64,000 nt of DNA from positions 177,511-241,510 of the forward strand of contig CAZOAL010000006.1 in the NCBI GenBank assembly GCA_964577695.1, given 5' to 3'. Of the stretch, positions 16,253 to 25,700 are shown piece after piece. Origin of the DNA: an uncultured bacterium (GTDB lineage Bacteria > Poribacteria > WGA-4E > PCPOR2b). Both the position numbers and the translations under genes were made by a program. The notes below the pieces were generated by a model that worked only from the letters and a program-made list of their open reading frames with translations, had not been told where the DNA came from and made no database searches. Every line of letters begins with the position of its first letter. Positions within the stretch are counted from its first letter, which is position 1.

Positions 16253-19216
16253 ATGAACGCAATTTATTCAAGCAACCTGCAATCCATTCATAGCACCTTT
16301 GATTATCGCGAGAAATCAAGAAAGCAAGAGAACCGACAAACCAGCAGACTGACTTTCCGGCTTTCTGGTTCTCTTGGGCTTGTCCTCCTGCTGACCCTCT
16401 CCTGCCTCTCCGCCGCTTTTGCGGAACTCACCCCCACCACCCTGAAGCATGACGGTTGGGTATATTCAGTCGCCTTCAGCCCCGATGGAAAACTGCTGGC
16501 GACGGGGTCAAATGACAACACCGCCAAGGTGTGGGAGATGCCGTCGGGGGTGCTGTTGGCCACCCTCAAGCATGGCAGTTCTGTCCGGTCAGTCGCCTTC
16601 AGCCCCGATGGAAAGCTGTTGGTGACGGGGTCAGATGACAACACCGCCAAGGTGTGGGAGATGCCCGCTGGGAGGCTGATTGCCATCCTGAAGCATGACG
16701 ATGATGTAAATTCAGTCGCCTTCAGCCCCGATGGGACGCTGTTGGCGACGGGGACACGGCTAGCTGCCAAGGTGTGGGAGATGCCGTCGGGGGTGCTGAT
16801 GGCCACCCTGAAGCATGACGATTGGGTCGGGTCAGTCGCCTTCAGCCCCGATGGAAAGCTGCTGGCGACGGGGTCAGATGACAACACCGCCAAAGTGTGG
16901 GAGATGCCGTCGGGGGTGCTGATGGCCACCCTGAAGCATGACCCTATTGTAGGTTTTGTCTCCGTCGCCTTCAGCCCCGATGGGAAGCTACTAGCGACGG
17001 GGTCAGCGGACAAGACCGCCAAGGTGTGGGAGATGCCGTCGGGGAGGCTGATTGCCACCCTGAAGCATGACAATTATGTAAATTCAGTCACCTTCAGCCC
17101 CGATGGGAAGCTACTGGCGACGGGGTCTTATGACAACACCGCCAAGGTGTGGGAGATGCCGTCGGGGGTGCTGATGGCCACCCTCAAGCATGACGGTGAT
17201 GTCCGTTCAGTCGCCTTCAGCCCCGATGGAACGCTGCTGGCGACGAGGTCAAATCTCTGGAACAGTAATCTACAAAAATATACAATATCTGAAGCCAAAG
17301 TCTGGGAGATGCCGTCGGGGGTGCTGATTGCCACTCTCAAGCATGGTGATGGGGTCAGTTCAGTCGCCTTCAGCCCCGATGGGACGCTGCTGGCGACGGG
17401 GTCTGGTGGCAGTAGTAGGGTGTGGGCATCAAATACTGCTGATATTCCAATCCTCACGCAACCTTCAGATGGAAGCAAATTTGTAAACGCACTCCCCGAA
17501 CTAAAGTGGGGGAGGGTCCCGGATGTTTGGCTGTATCAAGTACAGGTGTCTAAAGACAAGAACTTTTCACAGATGGCAGTGGAGGCTTTCACCGGCGCAG
17601 AATCGTTGCAATCCAATATGGGGCAAATGGGTAGAGGTATTTTCTTTTGGCGTGTACGCCTAGTGGGATGGACTTTCGGAAACTGGTCGGAGGTTTGGAC
17701 ATTTAACATAGACCTGCCCGTTGTCCTCACCAAAATCAGCAATCAAGCAGGCTTGGACATCACCGTAGATATCGTCATCGAAGAGGTGAAAAACCTGTCG
17801 GGATTCCAGTTGAATCTGGGCTTTGATCCAAGCGTGCTGGAAACGGTCGGAGTTACCGAAGGTTCATTCCTCAAAAGCGACGGCAGCGGCACGTTCTGGA
17901 AACCTCCTGAGATTGACAATGTGGGGGGACAAATTCGCAACATCACAGGGGCGCGAATCGCTGCAACAGGCGTGGAGGGCTTGGGTGTGTTGGCGAGCGT
18001 TCAGTTCAAAGCCAAAAAGACCGGAACCTCCAGGTTGACCCTCAGCAGCGTCCAGCTGTCCGATGTGCAGAATAACGCTATTCCGCTGGTCACGGCAAGC
18101 GGCAGCGTGGAAATCGGCGCGACATCGATATTGAAGCCGGTGACAAAGGTGGACAAGTCCATCGTTGTCGAAGTGGTTGCGGGTAACGTCTTCAACCTGC
18201 ACGCCTTCAGCTTTGACCTGGCTTACGATGCGAAGTTGCTGGAAGTGATGGACGTGAGCGAAGGCGATCTGCTCAAACGGGATGGACATCAAACGACCTT
18301 TGGCGCTCCAAAGGTTGACGCTTCAAACGGCATCATCACAGGCATCACTGCGGAGAGGGTCAAGAAAGAGGGCGTGAACGCATCCGGAGTATTGGCGCGA
18401 ATTGAGTTTAAGATCTGGGAAGGCGGTGCTCCCAAATTCAGCATTCGCAACAGCAACCTGCGAGACCCGAACGGAAATGTCGTCTTGGCGACGCCCCAGG
18501 ATGCCAGCGTTACTGTCGTCGCTTCGCCGGAGTGGGACGTGAACAAAGATTACGTGGTGAACATTTTGGATCTGGTCATTATCGGCAGCAACTTCGGCAA
18601 AACGATCAGCGGCAAGCCCCGCCCCAATCCCGATGTCAAACCCGATGGCGTCGTGAATATCTTCGACATCATCCCCGTCGCCACCCATTTCGGTGAGAGT
18701 TACAGTGCCGTGCCGCAGCCCCCCGCCGCGCCTTTCGCTTTGCGCCTGGGGGAGAATAGGAATTATCGCGGTCAAGAGACCGCTCTCACAACGGCTCAAC
18801 GCGCCATTTTGCAATCGCTCTATGAAAAGCTGAAGGCTTATCCCGATACGGACCCTTCGGTGGTCGTCGTCAAGCGGTTGTTGGCGGCATTGCTGTCGAT
18901 AAAATCAGAACCAGCTTTGCCGGAAGTGACGCGACTGGCTCAGAACTATCCCAACCCCTTCAACCCCGAAACATGGATTCCGTACCAGTTAGCTCACGAT
19001 GCAGAGGTGCAGATTACCATCTACGACCTTAAAGGTTCAGTGGTGCGTCGGTTAGATCTGGGGCATCAGAAGGCGGGCTACTACGCTAATCGGGACAGTG
19101 CGGCGTATTGGGACGGCCGGAATGAGGCAGGTGAACGGGTTTCAAGCGGTGTGTATTTCTACACCTTCACCGCGGGAGCGTTCACTGAAACGCGAAGGCT
19201 GATAGTGCTGAAGTAG
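16253..19216 (+). CDS. secreted WD40-repeat protein (about 10 near-identical repeats) with cohesin/dockerin-like regions and a T9SS-type (Por_Secre_tail / FlgD-Ig-like) C-terminal domain
   Basis: Repeats VAFSPDGKLLATGSDDNTAKVWEM; DVNKDYVVNILDLVIIGSNFGK dockerin-like; C-terminal NYPNPFNPETWIPYQL...IYDLKG. Confidence 0.7.
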   Translation: MNAIYSSNLQSIHSTFDYREKSRKQENRQTSRLTFRLSGSLGLVLLLTLSCLSAAFAELTPTTLKHDGWVYSVAFSPDGKLLATGSNDNTAKVWEMPSGVLLATLKHGSSVRSVAFSPDGKLLVTGSDDNTAKVWEMPAGRLIAILKHDDDVNSVAFSPDGTLLATGTRLAAKVWEMPSGVLMATLKHDDWVGSVAFSPDGKLLATGSDDNTAKVWEMPSGVLMATLKHDPIVGFVSVAFSPDGKLLATGSADKTAKVWEMPSGRLIATLKHDNYVNSVTFSPDGKLLATGSYDNTAKVWEMPSGVLMATLKHDGDVRSVAFSPDGTLLATRSNLWNSNLQKYTISEAKVWEMPSGVLIATLKHGDGVSSVAFSPDGTLLATGSGGSSRVWASNTADIPILTQPSDGSKFVNALPELKWGRVPDVWLYQVQVSKDKNFSQMAVEAFTGAESLQSNMGQMGRGIFFWRVRLVGWTFGNWSEVWTFNIDLPVVLTKISNQAGLDITVDIVIEEVKNLSGFQLNLGFDPSVLETVGVTEGSFLKSDGSGTFWKPPEIDNVGGQIRNITGARIAATGVEGLGVLASVQFKAKKTGTSRLTLSSVQLSDVQNNAIPLVTASGSVEIGATSILKPVTKVDKSIVVEVVAGNVFNLHAFSFDLAYDAKLLEVMDVSEGDLLKRDGHQTTFGAPKVDASNGIITGITAERVKKEGVNASGVLARIEFKIWEGGAPKFSIRNSNLRDPNGNVVLATPQDASVTVVASPEWDVNKDYVVNILDLVIIGSNFGKTISGKPRPNPDVKPDGVVNIFDIIPVATHFGESYSAVPQPPAAPFALRLGENRNYRGQETALTTAQRAILQSLYEKLKAYPDTDPSVVVVKRLLAALLSIKSEPALPEVTRLAQNYPNPFNPETWIPYQLAHDAEVQITIYDLKGSVVRRLDLGHQKAGYYANRDSAAYWDGRNEAGERVSSGVYFYTFTAGAFTETRRLIVLK

Positions 19217-19325
19217 AAAACGTGAAACGTGAAACGTGAAACGTGATGAAGAGACCGTTCTTTTTCACGCATCACGCATCATTCTTCTCACGCATCACGC
19301 AGCACGCATCATTCCTTTCACGTTT
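19213..19325. repeat. hairpin-type repeat with tandem heptamer arms (GTGAAAC x3 / CACGCAT units) after the WD40 gene
   Basis: Seen in sequence. Confidence 0.6.
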
Positions 19326-19418
19326 CTGGTCTACATCGGTGACCTTTTAATCGGGCTTCCACTTAATAACGGTCGGTTACGCCCGCGCTTGACAACATAA
19401 AAATACGCCTCACAAATC

Positions 19419-19844
19419 ATGCCACACGAATATCGCACCAAACGAAAAATCGAATTTTCTGACACCGACATGGCGGGAATCGTCCATTTTTCCCAGTTTT
19501 TTATCTTCATGGAAACCGCCGAACACGAATTTATGCGCTCGCTAGGGACAAGCGTCGTCACGGAATGGGACGGAAACGCTATCGGCTGGCCACGGCTGAC
19601 GGCGTCGTGCGAGTACCGTCAGCCCGCGAAATTTGAAGAGGAACTGGACATCCACTTGACAGTTGCCAGAAAAGGCACCAAATCCATCACCTATCAATTC
19701 GTTTTTACAAAAGGGGATGTAGAGGTCGCTCGCGGTCAAATGGCGACTGCGTGCTGCATCTGCAATCCCGGTGAAAAGTTAAGAGCCATTCCGATACCGG
19801 ATTTTATCGCCGAACAAATTGAAGAAACTCCAAATGCAGAATAA
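19419..19844 (+). CDS. acyl-CoA thioesterase (4HBT / YbgC-like hotdog fold)
   Basis: EFSDTDMAGIVHFSQFFIFME motif. Confidence 0.7.
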   Translation: MPHEYRTKRKIEFSDTDMAGIVHFSQFFIFMETAEHEFMRSLGTSVVTEWDGNAIGWPRLTASCEYRQPAKFEEELDIHLTVARKGTKSITYQFVFTKGDVEVARGQMATACCICNPGEKLRAIPIPDFIAEQIEETPNAE

Positions 19845-20583
19845 AATAGAAAATTCACCCTCACCCGATTCAGCAGGGGCACAGCAGACTGCGGCCCTAC
19901 GAGTCACCGATGTCTATAAAAACTTCGGGAGTCCGGCGCATCCCGTGGAAGTGCTGCGCGGCATTTCGTTTGAAATTGCCACAGGCCAAGCCCTTGCCAT
20001 CACCGGCCCCTCCGGGTCTGGGAAAAGTACGATTTTGCACCTGATTGGAACTTTGGACAGACCTTCATCGGGACAGATCGGGATAAACGGCAGCGATCCA
20101 TTTTCCCTCCCCGAACCTGAATTGGCAAGATTTCGGAATCAGGTGATTGGCTTCGTCTTCCAGGAACATCATCTTCTGCCGCAATACTCTGTCCTGGAAA
20201 ATGTCCTCATCCCCACAATGGCTTTTAAAAACAGAAGCAGAGATACGACAGGTCATATCTCTGCTGAAAAACGCGCCCGCGAATTGCTGGAAAAAGTGGG
20301 GCTTACCGATCGGCTTGACCATCGCCCGGCGGAACTTTCCGGCGGTGAACGTCAACGAGTCGCTGTCGCTCGGGCGCTGATCAATCGACCAAGCCTTCTG
20401 CTCTGCGATGAGCCGACAGGGAGTCTTGATCGTTCCACGGCAAATACGGTAGCCTCTCTCTTATTTGAGCTCCACGAAACTGAACAAAACATCCTGATTG
20501 TGGTCACTCACAGCCTGGAACTCGCAGCACACTTTGAACGGCGTTTTGAACTTGTCAATGGGGCCATAGGAGGCTGGCACTGA
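19819..20583 (+). CDS. ABC transporter ATP-binding protein (LolD/MacB-like)
   Basis: GPSGSGKST Walker A; LSGGERQRVAVARAL signature; LLLCDEPTGSLD Walker B. Start may be at 19834. Confidence 0.8.
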   Translation: MKKLQMQNKIENSPSPDSAGAQQTAALRVTDVYKNFGSPAHPVEVLRGISFEIATGQALAITGPSGSGKSTILHLIGTLDRPSSGQIGINGSDPFSLPEPELARFRNQVIGFVFQEHHLLPQYSVLENVLIPTMAFKNRSRDTTGHISAEKRARELLEKVGLTDRLDHRPAELSGGERQRVAVARALINRPSLLLCDEPTGSLDRSTANTVASLLFELHETEQNILIVVTHSLELAAHFERRFELVNGAIGGWH

Positions 20584-20710
20584 CTTGAACAAAACAAGAT
20601 AGGTCATAAACTGCGATTTAATGTGCTGCATCTTGCATCTTGAATCCTGCATTCATCACAGATTCAAGATTCAGGATTCAGGATGCAAGAGTGTCATTTT
20701 GCAGTAGAGG

Positions 20711-21007
20711 TTACTCCTTCTGGTGCCGCTCAAGAAATTCTCTGAGTTTAACAAAACTTTTGATGTTCTTCATAATCCGCCCGCTCTCCCGCTCTTCGAG
20801 ATACAGAAAAAAACCCATCAGATACAAACTAATCAAGAACAGTAGAAAGCCGATGAAACATTGAACGATAGCGGGATAGTTTGCGTGGAAATCCAGTTTC
20901 GGGATACCTCCCTCCCCCGTTAGGGAAACGAAGCCGCGCCACCCCGTTACACCTATCGATAAGAAGGCGATTGAAAGTGCGAAGACGATGAAAAAGGGTA
21001 TACCCAT
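20711..21007 (-). CDS. small membrane protein, hypothetical
   Basis: Two or three hydrophobic helices; no family recognised. Confidence 0.35.
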   Translation of the reverse strand: MGIPFFIVFALSIAFLSIGVTGWRGFVSLTGEGGIPKLDFHANYPAIVQCFIGFLLFLISLYLMGFFLYLEERESGRIMKNIKSFVKLREFLERHQKE

Positions 21008-21100
21008 GACTGACCTCGTGCGTAATTCGTAAGACGTAATGCGTAAAAAGACACTTGCTCTTGTTACGCATTACGCATTACGCATTACGTCTCACGTTTT
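21005..21100. repeat. hairpin repeat with CGTAATG/CGCATTA heptamer arms
   Basis: cgtaagacgtaatgcgtaa ... ttacgcattacgcattacgcattacg. Confidence 0.6.
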
Positions 21101-22181
21101 ATTCCGAGACTTTCACCAACCCCTTGGTGCACTCGTCTTCGCGATTCCGCACCTGAGTGATTCCCTCGACCAGCTCATCCAACGGGAACCGATGACTGAT
21201 AATCTTATCCATGTCGACGGCTCCTGTGGAGATCAACTGAACGGCTTCCTCCCAGGTATTCGGCGCAAGCCAGGAGAAGCGGATGGTTTTGTCCATCAGG
21301 ATGGTGTTGAGAATCGGGACTTGCATCACGTCTTTGTCGCCGGGCAAGCCAAAGAGCACAACCGTCGCGTGACGCCCCGTGACTGCAAGCGCCGTATGAA
21401 TCGCGTCGAGCGAGCTCGTTGCGGTGATCGCCCGATCTGCGAGTTCACCGTTGTTGAGTGACTTAATCTTTTCAGAAAGGTCTTTGACATAGTAAGGCGA
21501 ATGGGGGTCCTTTGTATTGACAACCACATCCGCCCCCAACTCCGCACCGCGTTTGAGGCGGTAGTCGCGCGTGCCAACAAGGATGACGTTGCCTAACCCT
21601 CGGCTTTTGAGGACCTGTACCATCATCAAACCGATTGGGCCAGGTCCGAACACGACGGCTGTCTGTCCCGGCTCGGCATTCAGGTTATTGACTGCGTACA
21701 AGCCGCACGCCAACGGTTCCGTCAGGGCACCTTGATCATAAGTGACGTGGTCTGGAAGTTTTAATGTCCAGTGGTAATCAGAGAGCGTATATTCTGCAAA
21801 GCCCCCATTGACACTCACGCCAAGCACACGTTTTTCAGTACAGAGGTTGGAAAGCCCCTTTTTGCTCCAGTAGGAATTGGGGTTTGACTGCACCGGGTTC
21901 GCAACGACGCGGTCGCCAATCTTAAAGCCCCCTACCCTCGCCGCCTCACTTCCAACCGCGACAACGTCACCGGTAAACTCATGCCCAAGAACGAGCGGAC
22001 CTTTACCGTTAGGTGTCTCAAGAGAACTTTTACCGAAATAGTAAGCGACATCGGAACCGCAAATCCCAACCGAGTGAACTTTAATGAGCACGTCACTAGG
22101 TTTGGGTTCGGGAATATGCTTCTCCTCAATCGCCATCTTTTCGGGTTCATAGAAGATTTGCGCCTTCATGGATTCCGCCAT
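21099..22181 (-). CDS. zinc-dependent alcohol dehydrogenase (MDR family; sorbitol/threonine dehydrogenase-like)
   Basis: GICGSDVAYY zinc motif; GxGxxG; RBS AGGAGG before MAESMKAQ. Confidence 0.8.
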   Translation of the reverse strand: MAESMKAQIFYEPEKMAIEEKHIPEPKPSDVLIKVHSVGICGSDVAYYFGKSSLETPNGKGPLVLGHEFTGDVVAVGSEAARVGGFKIGDRVVANPVQSNPNSYWSKKGLSNLCTEKRVLGVSVNGGFAEYTLSDYHWTLKLPDHVTYDQGALTEPLACGLYAVNNLNAEPGQTAVVFGPGPIGLMMVQVLKSRGLGNVILVGTRDYRLKRGAELGADVVVNTKDPHSPYYVKDLSEKIKSLNNGELADRAITATSSLDAIHTALAVTGRHATVVLFGLPGDKDVMQVPILNTILMDKTIRFSWLAPNTWEEAVQLISTGAVDMDKIISHRFPLDELVEGITQVRNREDECTKGLVKVSE

Positions 22182-22231
22182 GATTTTATCCTCCTTTAGA
22201 TAGAGAGATGTCAAAACTGCTAATTAATGAG

Positions 22232-22360
22232 GCTTGGTCATAATGACTTGGAGATGCAGTTGTAGCCTAAGATTCTATCTTGGCTGCTGGCATGAGAACC
22301 AAGTTAGAAACTTGGGCTACGTAAAGATTTCATCCGAATTATGACCACTCCTCAACTCAT
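22232..22360. mobile_element. MITE-like repeat family B, copy 1 (ends ggcttggtcataat / gaattatgacc; palindromic core gtagcc.aagattctatcttgg)
   Basis: Seen in sequence; shared with copies at 22555 and 40652. Confidence 0.6.
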
Positions 22361-22554
22361 TTTGCATTCTGAATTTGCTGAAGGTCATCAGGGCGTTATG
22401 CGAGTCTCGGATGCCCGAGTCTCGATCTATCGGCGTTCGGGCATCTCGGATCAGCGGTGATAGGGTTTTAGAGAAACTCGCATGAGCCCCTTTAAGATTG
22501 TATTATAGCATATTGAGCCAGTGTTGGTAAACCCTATATTCCCTTAATTAGAAG

Positions 22555-22695
22555 AGGGTTGGTCATTATTCTCAGGGGAGGCAATCGTAGCCCAAGATTT
22601 CGACAAGCTCAACCCGGCGGATTCTATCTTGGCCCCTGGCGCATGGGCCAAGATAGAATCTTGGGCTACAACTCAACCGCCGGCGAATTATGACC
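22555..22695. mobile_element. MITE-like repeat family B, copy 2 (composite). Its terminal ATGACCAAGCC supplies the first ATG of the downstream giant ORF
   Basis: cgtagcccaagatt...ggccaagatagaatcttgggctac core; gaattatgaccaagcc end. Confidence 0.6.
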
Positions 22696-22719
22696 AAGCC
22701 TTACTTACCTAAATTTACA

Positions 22720-25700
22720 ATGGTAAACCGAAAGAAAGCAGCAAAGATGAGAGATTGGAAAAAGAAAAGTTATATCATCTTATCCATCATCGTTGGTAGC
22801 CTGTACATCTTCGCAACGTCTACTGTTGCCCAAGAGATTAAACGTCAGTCTATCCCTGTTGGAATGTTCAATGTGTATGCCACCATTGACAACAACAATA
22901 CCGGTCTGCCAACGCCCGACCTCCGCGATGTCTGGCAGGGCGTGCCGACAAACTGGGAGGGGGGCTACTACCCTTACGAAGCGTGTAACCTTGTGCAGCA
23001 CTACTGGCCGAAGGAACTTCCGACGGATGTGCCACCGGGACAGGATGCGTATGTCGTTTGGTGGACACGGTTTCTCCGGGAGGTTTACGAGCAAGGCAAC
23101 GAGAAGGGCGAGGTTCGATTGCGTGCGATTGTCGGTCCACTTTTCAGCCATTACGAAGCGTTCGGCGAGCAGTGGCTCATCAATTTTATCCAACGGCTCT
23201 GTGAGTGGGAGCGGAGCGGCCCACACGATGGCGTAATTGCCGGATGGTATCTCATCGAAGAGCCAATGGGGTCGGGCTCGCACAACTTCAACGTTGACAC
23301 CTTTGAGGAGATGGCGAAGGTCGTCGATAAAGCGGAAACGGCCGGTGGCTTTCGACACCATGACCGCTATGTTGATGTTTCCCTTGATGGGGCATTTTTC
23401 ACTCCACAGGGGCTGGCGCGTTTCTGCCGCCCAGCCGATGTCGTGATGGTCAGCTCCAGCAGCTATCTCTGGCTGACGAGTGGGACGCAGCCTGTATTTA
23501 ATACGCGTTATCGGGATTTAGCGTTCTCAATGAACCAGGTTCGCCGCACCGTTTTTCCAGACCATGACCAACACGGGCTGCCGCGTCCTAAGATTCATCT
23601 CGTCCTGCAAGCCTACGATCCGATGGGGTTTGGACAACCGACGCATTGGGAGATGCGCCAGCAAATTCGAGAGGCGTTGACCCTTGATTTTGAATTGCTC
23701 GGCAACCAACCGGTTGCACCAGCGGATGGAATCTGGTTTTTCTGGTGGCCGGGGCTGACCTTTGAGAACAAAAACCGTGTGGACGACTGGCTCTACGGAC
23801 GACAGATTGCGGAAGCGATCGAGCTTGAAGTGGCAGAGGTGACGGGTAACGGAGGTGAAACCCGGTCTGTGAATGTGCCGACAGCATCCCGCTTTGCCTT
23901 CCCACCGCTGGTTCCCTTCAACCCGGACGATGGCATCATCCCCTACGAGTTGGCAAAGTCAGGGCTTGTCACAATCGAAATCCTCGACATGAATGGCTCT
24001 AAGGTTCAGGCGTTTGACATGGGGATTCAGAGCGCGGGGCGGCTGCACCGGTTCGGAGGCCCCCGCTGGTTGCCACTCTCAACCCAGCCTGACGGGCGAT
24101 ATATCTTCCGGCAGTTTCTCAACTCCGTCCCCGTTGACAGCGTTGAGGTGGAAGTGCAACGGCAACCACGCCTCTTTAGCCCTTCCCATGTGCCCAACAT
24201 TTGGTCAAACGACAACACCATTGAGGTGACATGGCGTCCACCCGCTCTGGGCGCGGGGTTGGGGGGATTTTCATTTCTGTGGAGCAATTCTCCTTTCAGC
24301 ATTCCGCCTCGCACCGTTGCACTGACGCCATCGGATGTCACGTATACAAGTCCACCGTTGCCGGATGGGAAATCGCACTATTTTCATCTCCTAAGCGTCG
24401 ATGCAAACGGCGAATGGGGGGAGACATCGCATTTAGGCCCATTCTGGATTGATACGATACCCCCAGCTTTACCTACCGATGTTGTCAGCTCCAGTCATAA
24501 GACCGGAATTTGGTCATCGGCAAACGTGATTGATATCAAATGGTCTGCTGCGCCCCCCCCTCAATCCCCCCCGCGGGCAGGGGGTGAAGAGGGGCCTCCC
24601 CCCCTGCCCGCGGGGGGGACAGGGGGGGGGGCGTCTTTGCGCGGCTATTCAATCGTCTGGGACCGTCAGCCGTTCACGCTCCCGCCAGCGGAGATTAACG
24701 TTGGGCCCGCTGTCACTGCACTCTCGACGCCTCCACTTGTGGACGGCATCTGGTATCTGCACTTGCGCCCTGCGGATGTCGCTGGCAACTGGACAAGCGA
24801 TGCTGTGCACCTTGGCCCCTTCCAGATTGACACCCACTCGCCCAATCCACCGTCCGACTTGAGGGGCGTCTCTCATCAGGTCGGCGTCTGGTCAAACCGT
24901 GCCGAGATTGAGTTGGAATGGACAGCCGCTTCGGATGAAACCAGCGGCATCAAAAATTATCTCATCGTTTGGGATACCTCCCCGGACACACATCCAACGC
25001 CTGATGCCAATCCGTCCATCTTCCTTCCGCCCCTACTTGCAGGGGGGGGGGCTGGCAATTCGCCTAAGGTCAGCTACCGTGGCCCTGCCCTCGTTGATGG
25101 CGATACCCATTACGTCCATCTTCGCGCTGTGGATGGTGCCGGGCTGACGACAGATGAAACGCTCCATCTCGGTCCCTTCCGAATCGACGCAACCCCGCCG
25201 GGCGATATTCGTGGCTTTGCCGCGTATGGCGTAGAGCCCCCGCCAACCCCTCCCCTCTCGCCTCTCCCCGCTAGCGGAGAGGTTCCGCTTGACCTCAACA
25301 AGTGGCTGATCTCCCCTCAAATGATCCTTGCGTGGCAGGTAAGCACAGATTCCGGTAGCAGCGTTGCGGTCTACGAAATTACGCGAGTGCGCCCGGAAAC
25401 GGGAGAACAGCAGACCTTCCAAATCAACGCGGATGCGCCATCTCAATGGACCCCGGCAGGTCTGAGCGATGGTGCTTGGGTATTTCGCCTCCGGGCCGGC
25501 GATAACGCTGGTAACTGGAGCGCTTATTCCGACCTGACGCTCAAGATTGATACCACCGTGCCAACGCCTATCCTCAACAGTCCCTCCCACCCGAATAGCG
25601 AACGCTGGTACGCGGATGCGAATCCAATCGTCGAATGGATGATTGAGCGCGATCTATCCGGCATCGCGGGGTATCTTGGAGAATGGAGCGATCAACCGGA

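Noticed and set aside
16303-17073. Long antisense ORFs inside large GC-rich genes (16303-17073 and 17128-17478 opposite the WD40 gene; 12465-13211 opposite the ligase; 41081-41872, 41412-42284 and 42313-42714 around the FGE and PSCyt genes; many 60-150-aa ORFs in 22780-28600)
   Set aside because: They lie entirely within better-supported genes on the other strand or in another frame, lack recognisable motifs and have Arg/Pro/Ser-rich composition typical of spurious frames in GC-rich DNA.
19213-19325. Tandem heptamer and hexamer repeat blocks (also at 21005-21100, 36315-36425, 39540-39655 and elsewhere) considered as CRISPR arrays
   Set aside because: Units are only 6-7 nt with no unique spacers of 25-40 nt and no cas genes nearby. 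The architecture is hairpin arms, not repeat-spacer arrays.
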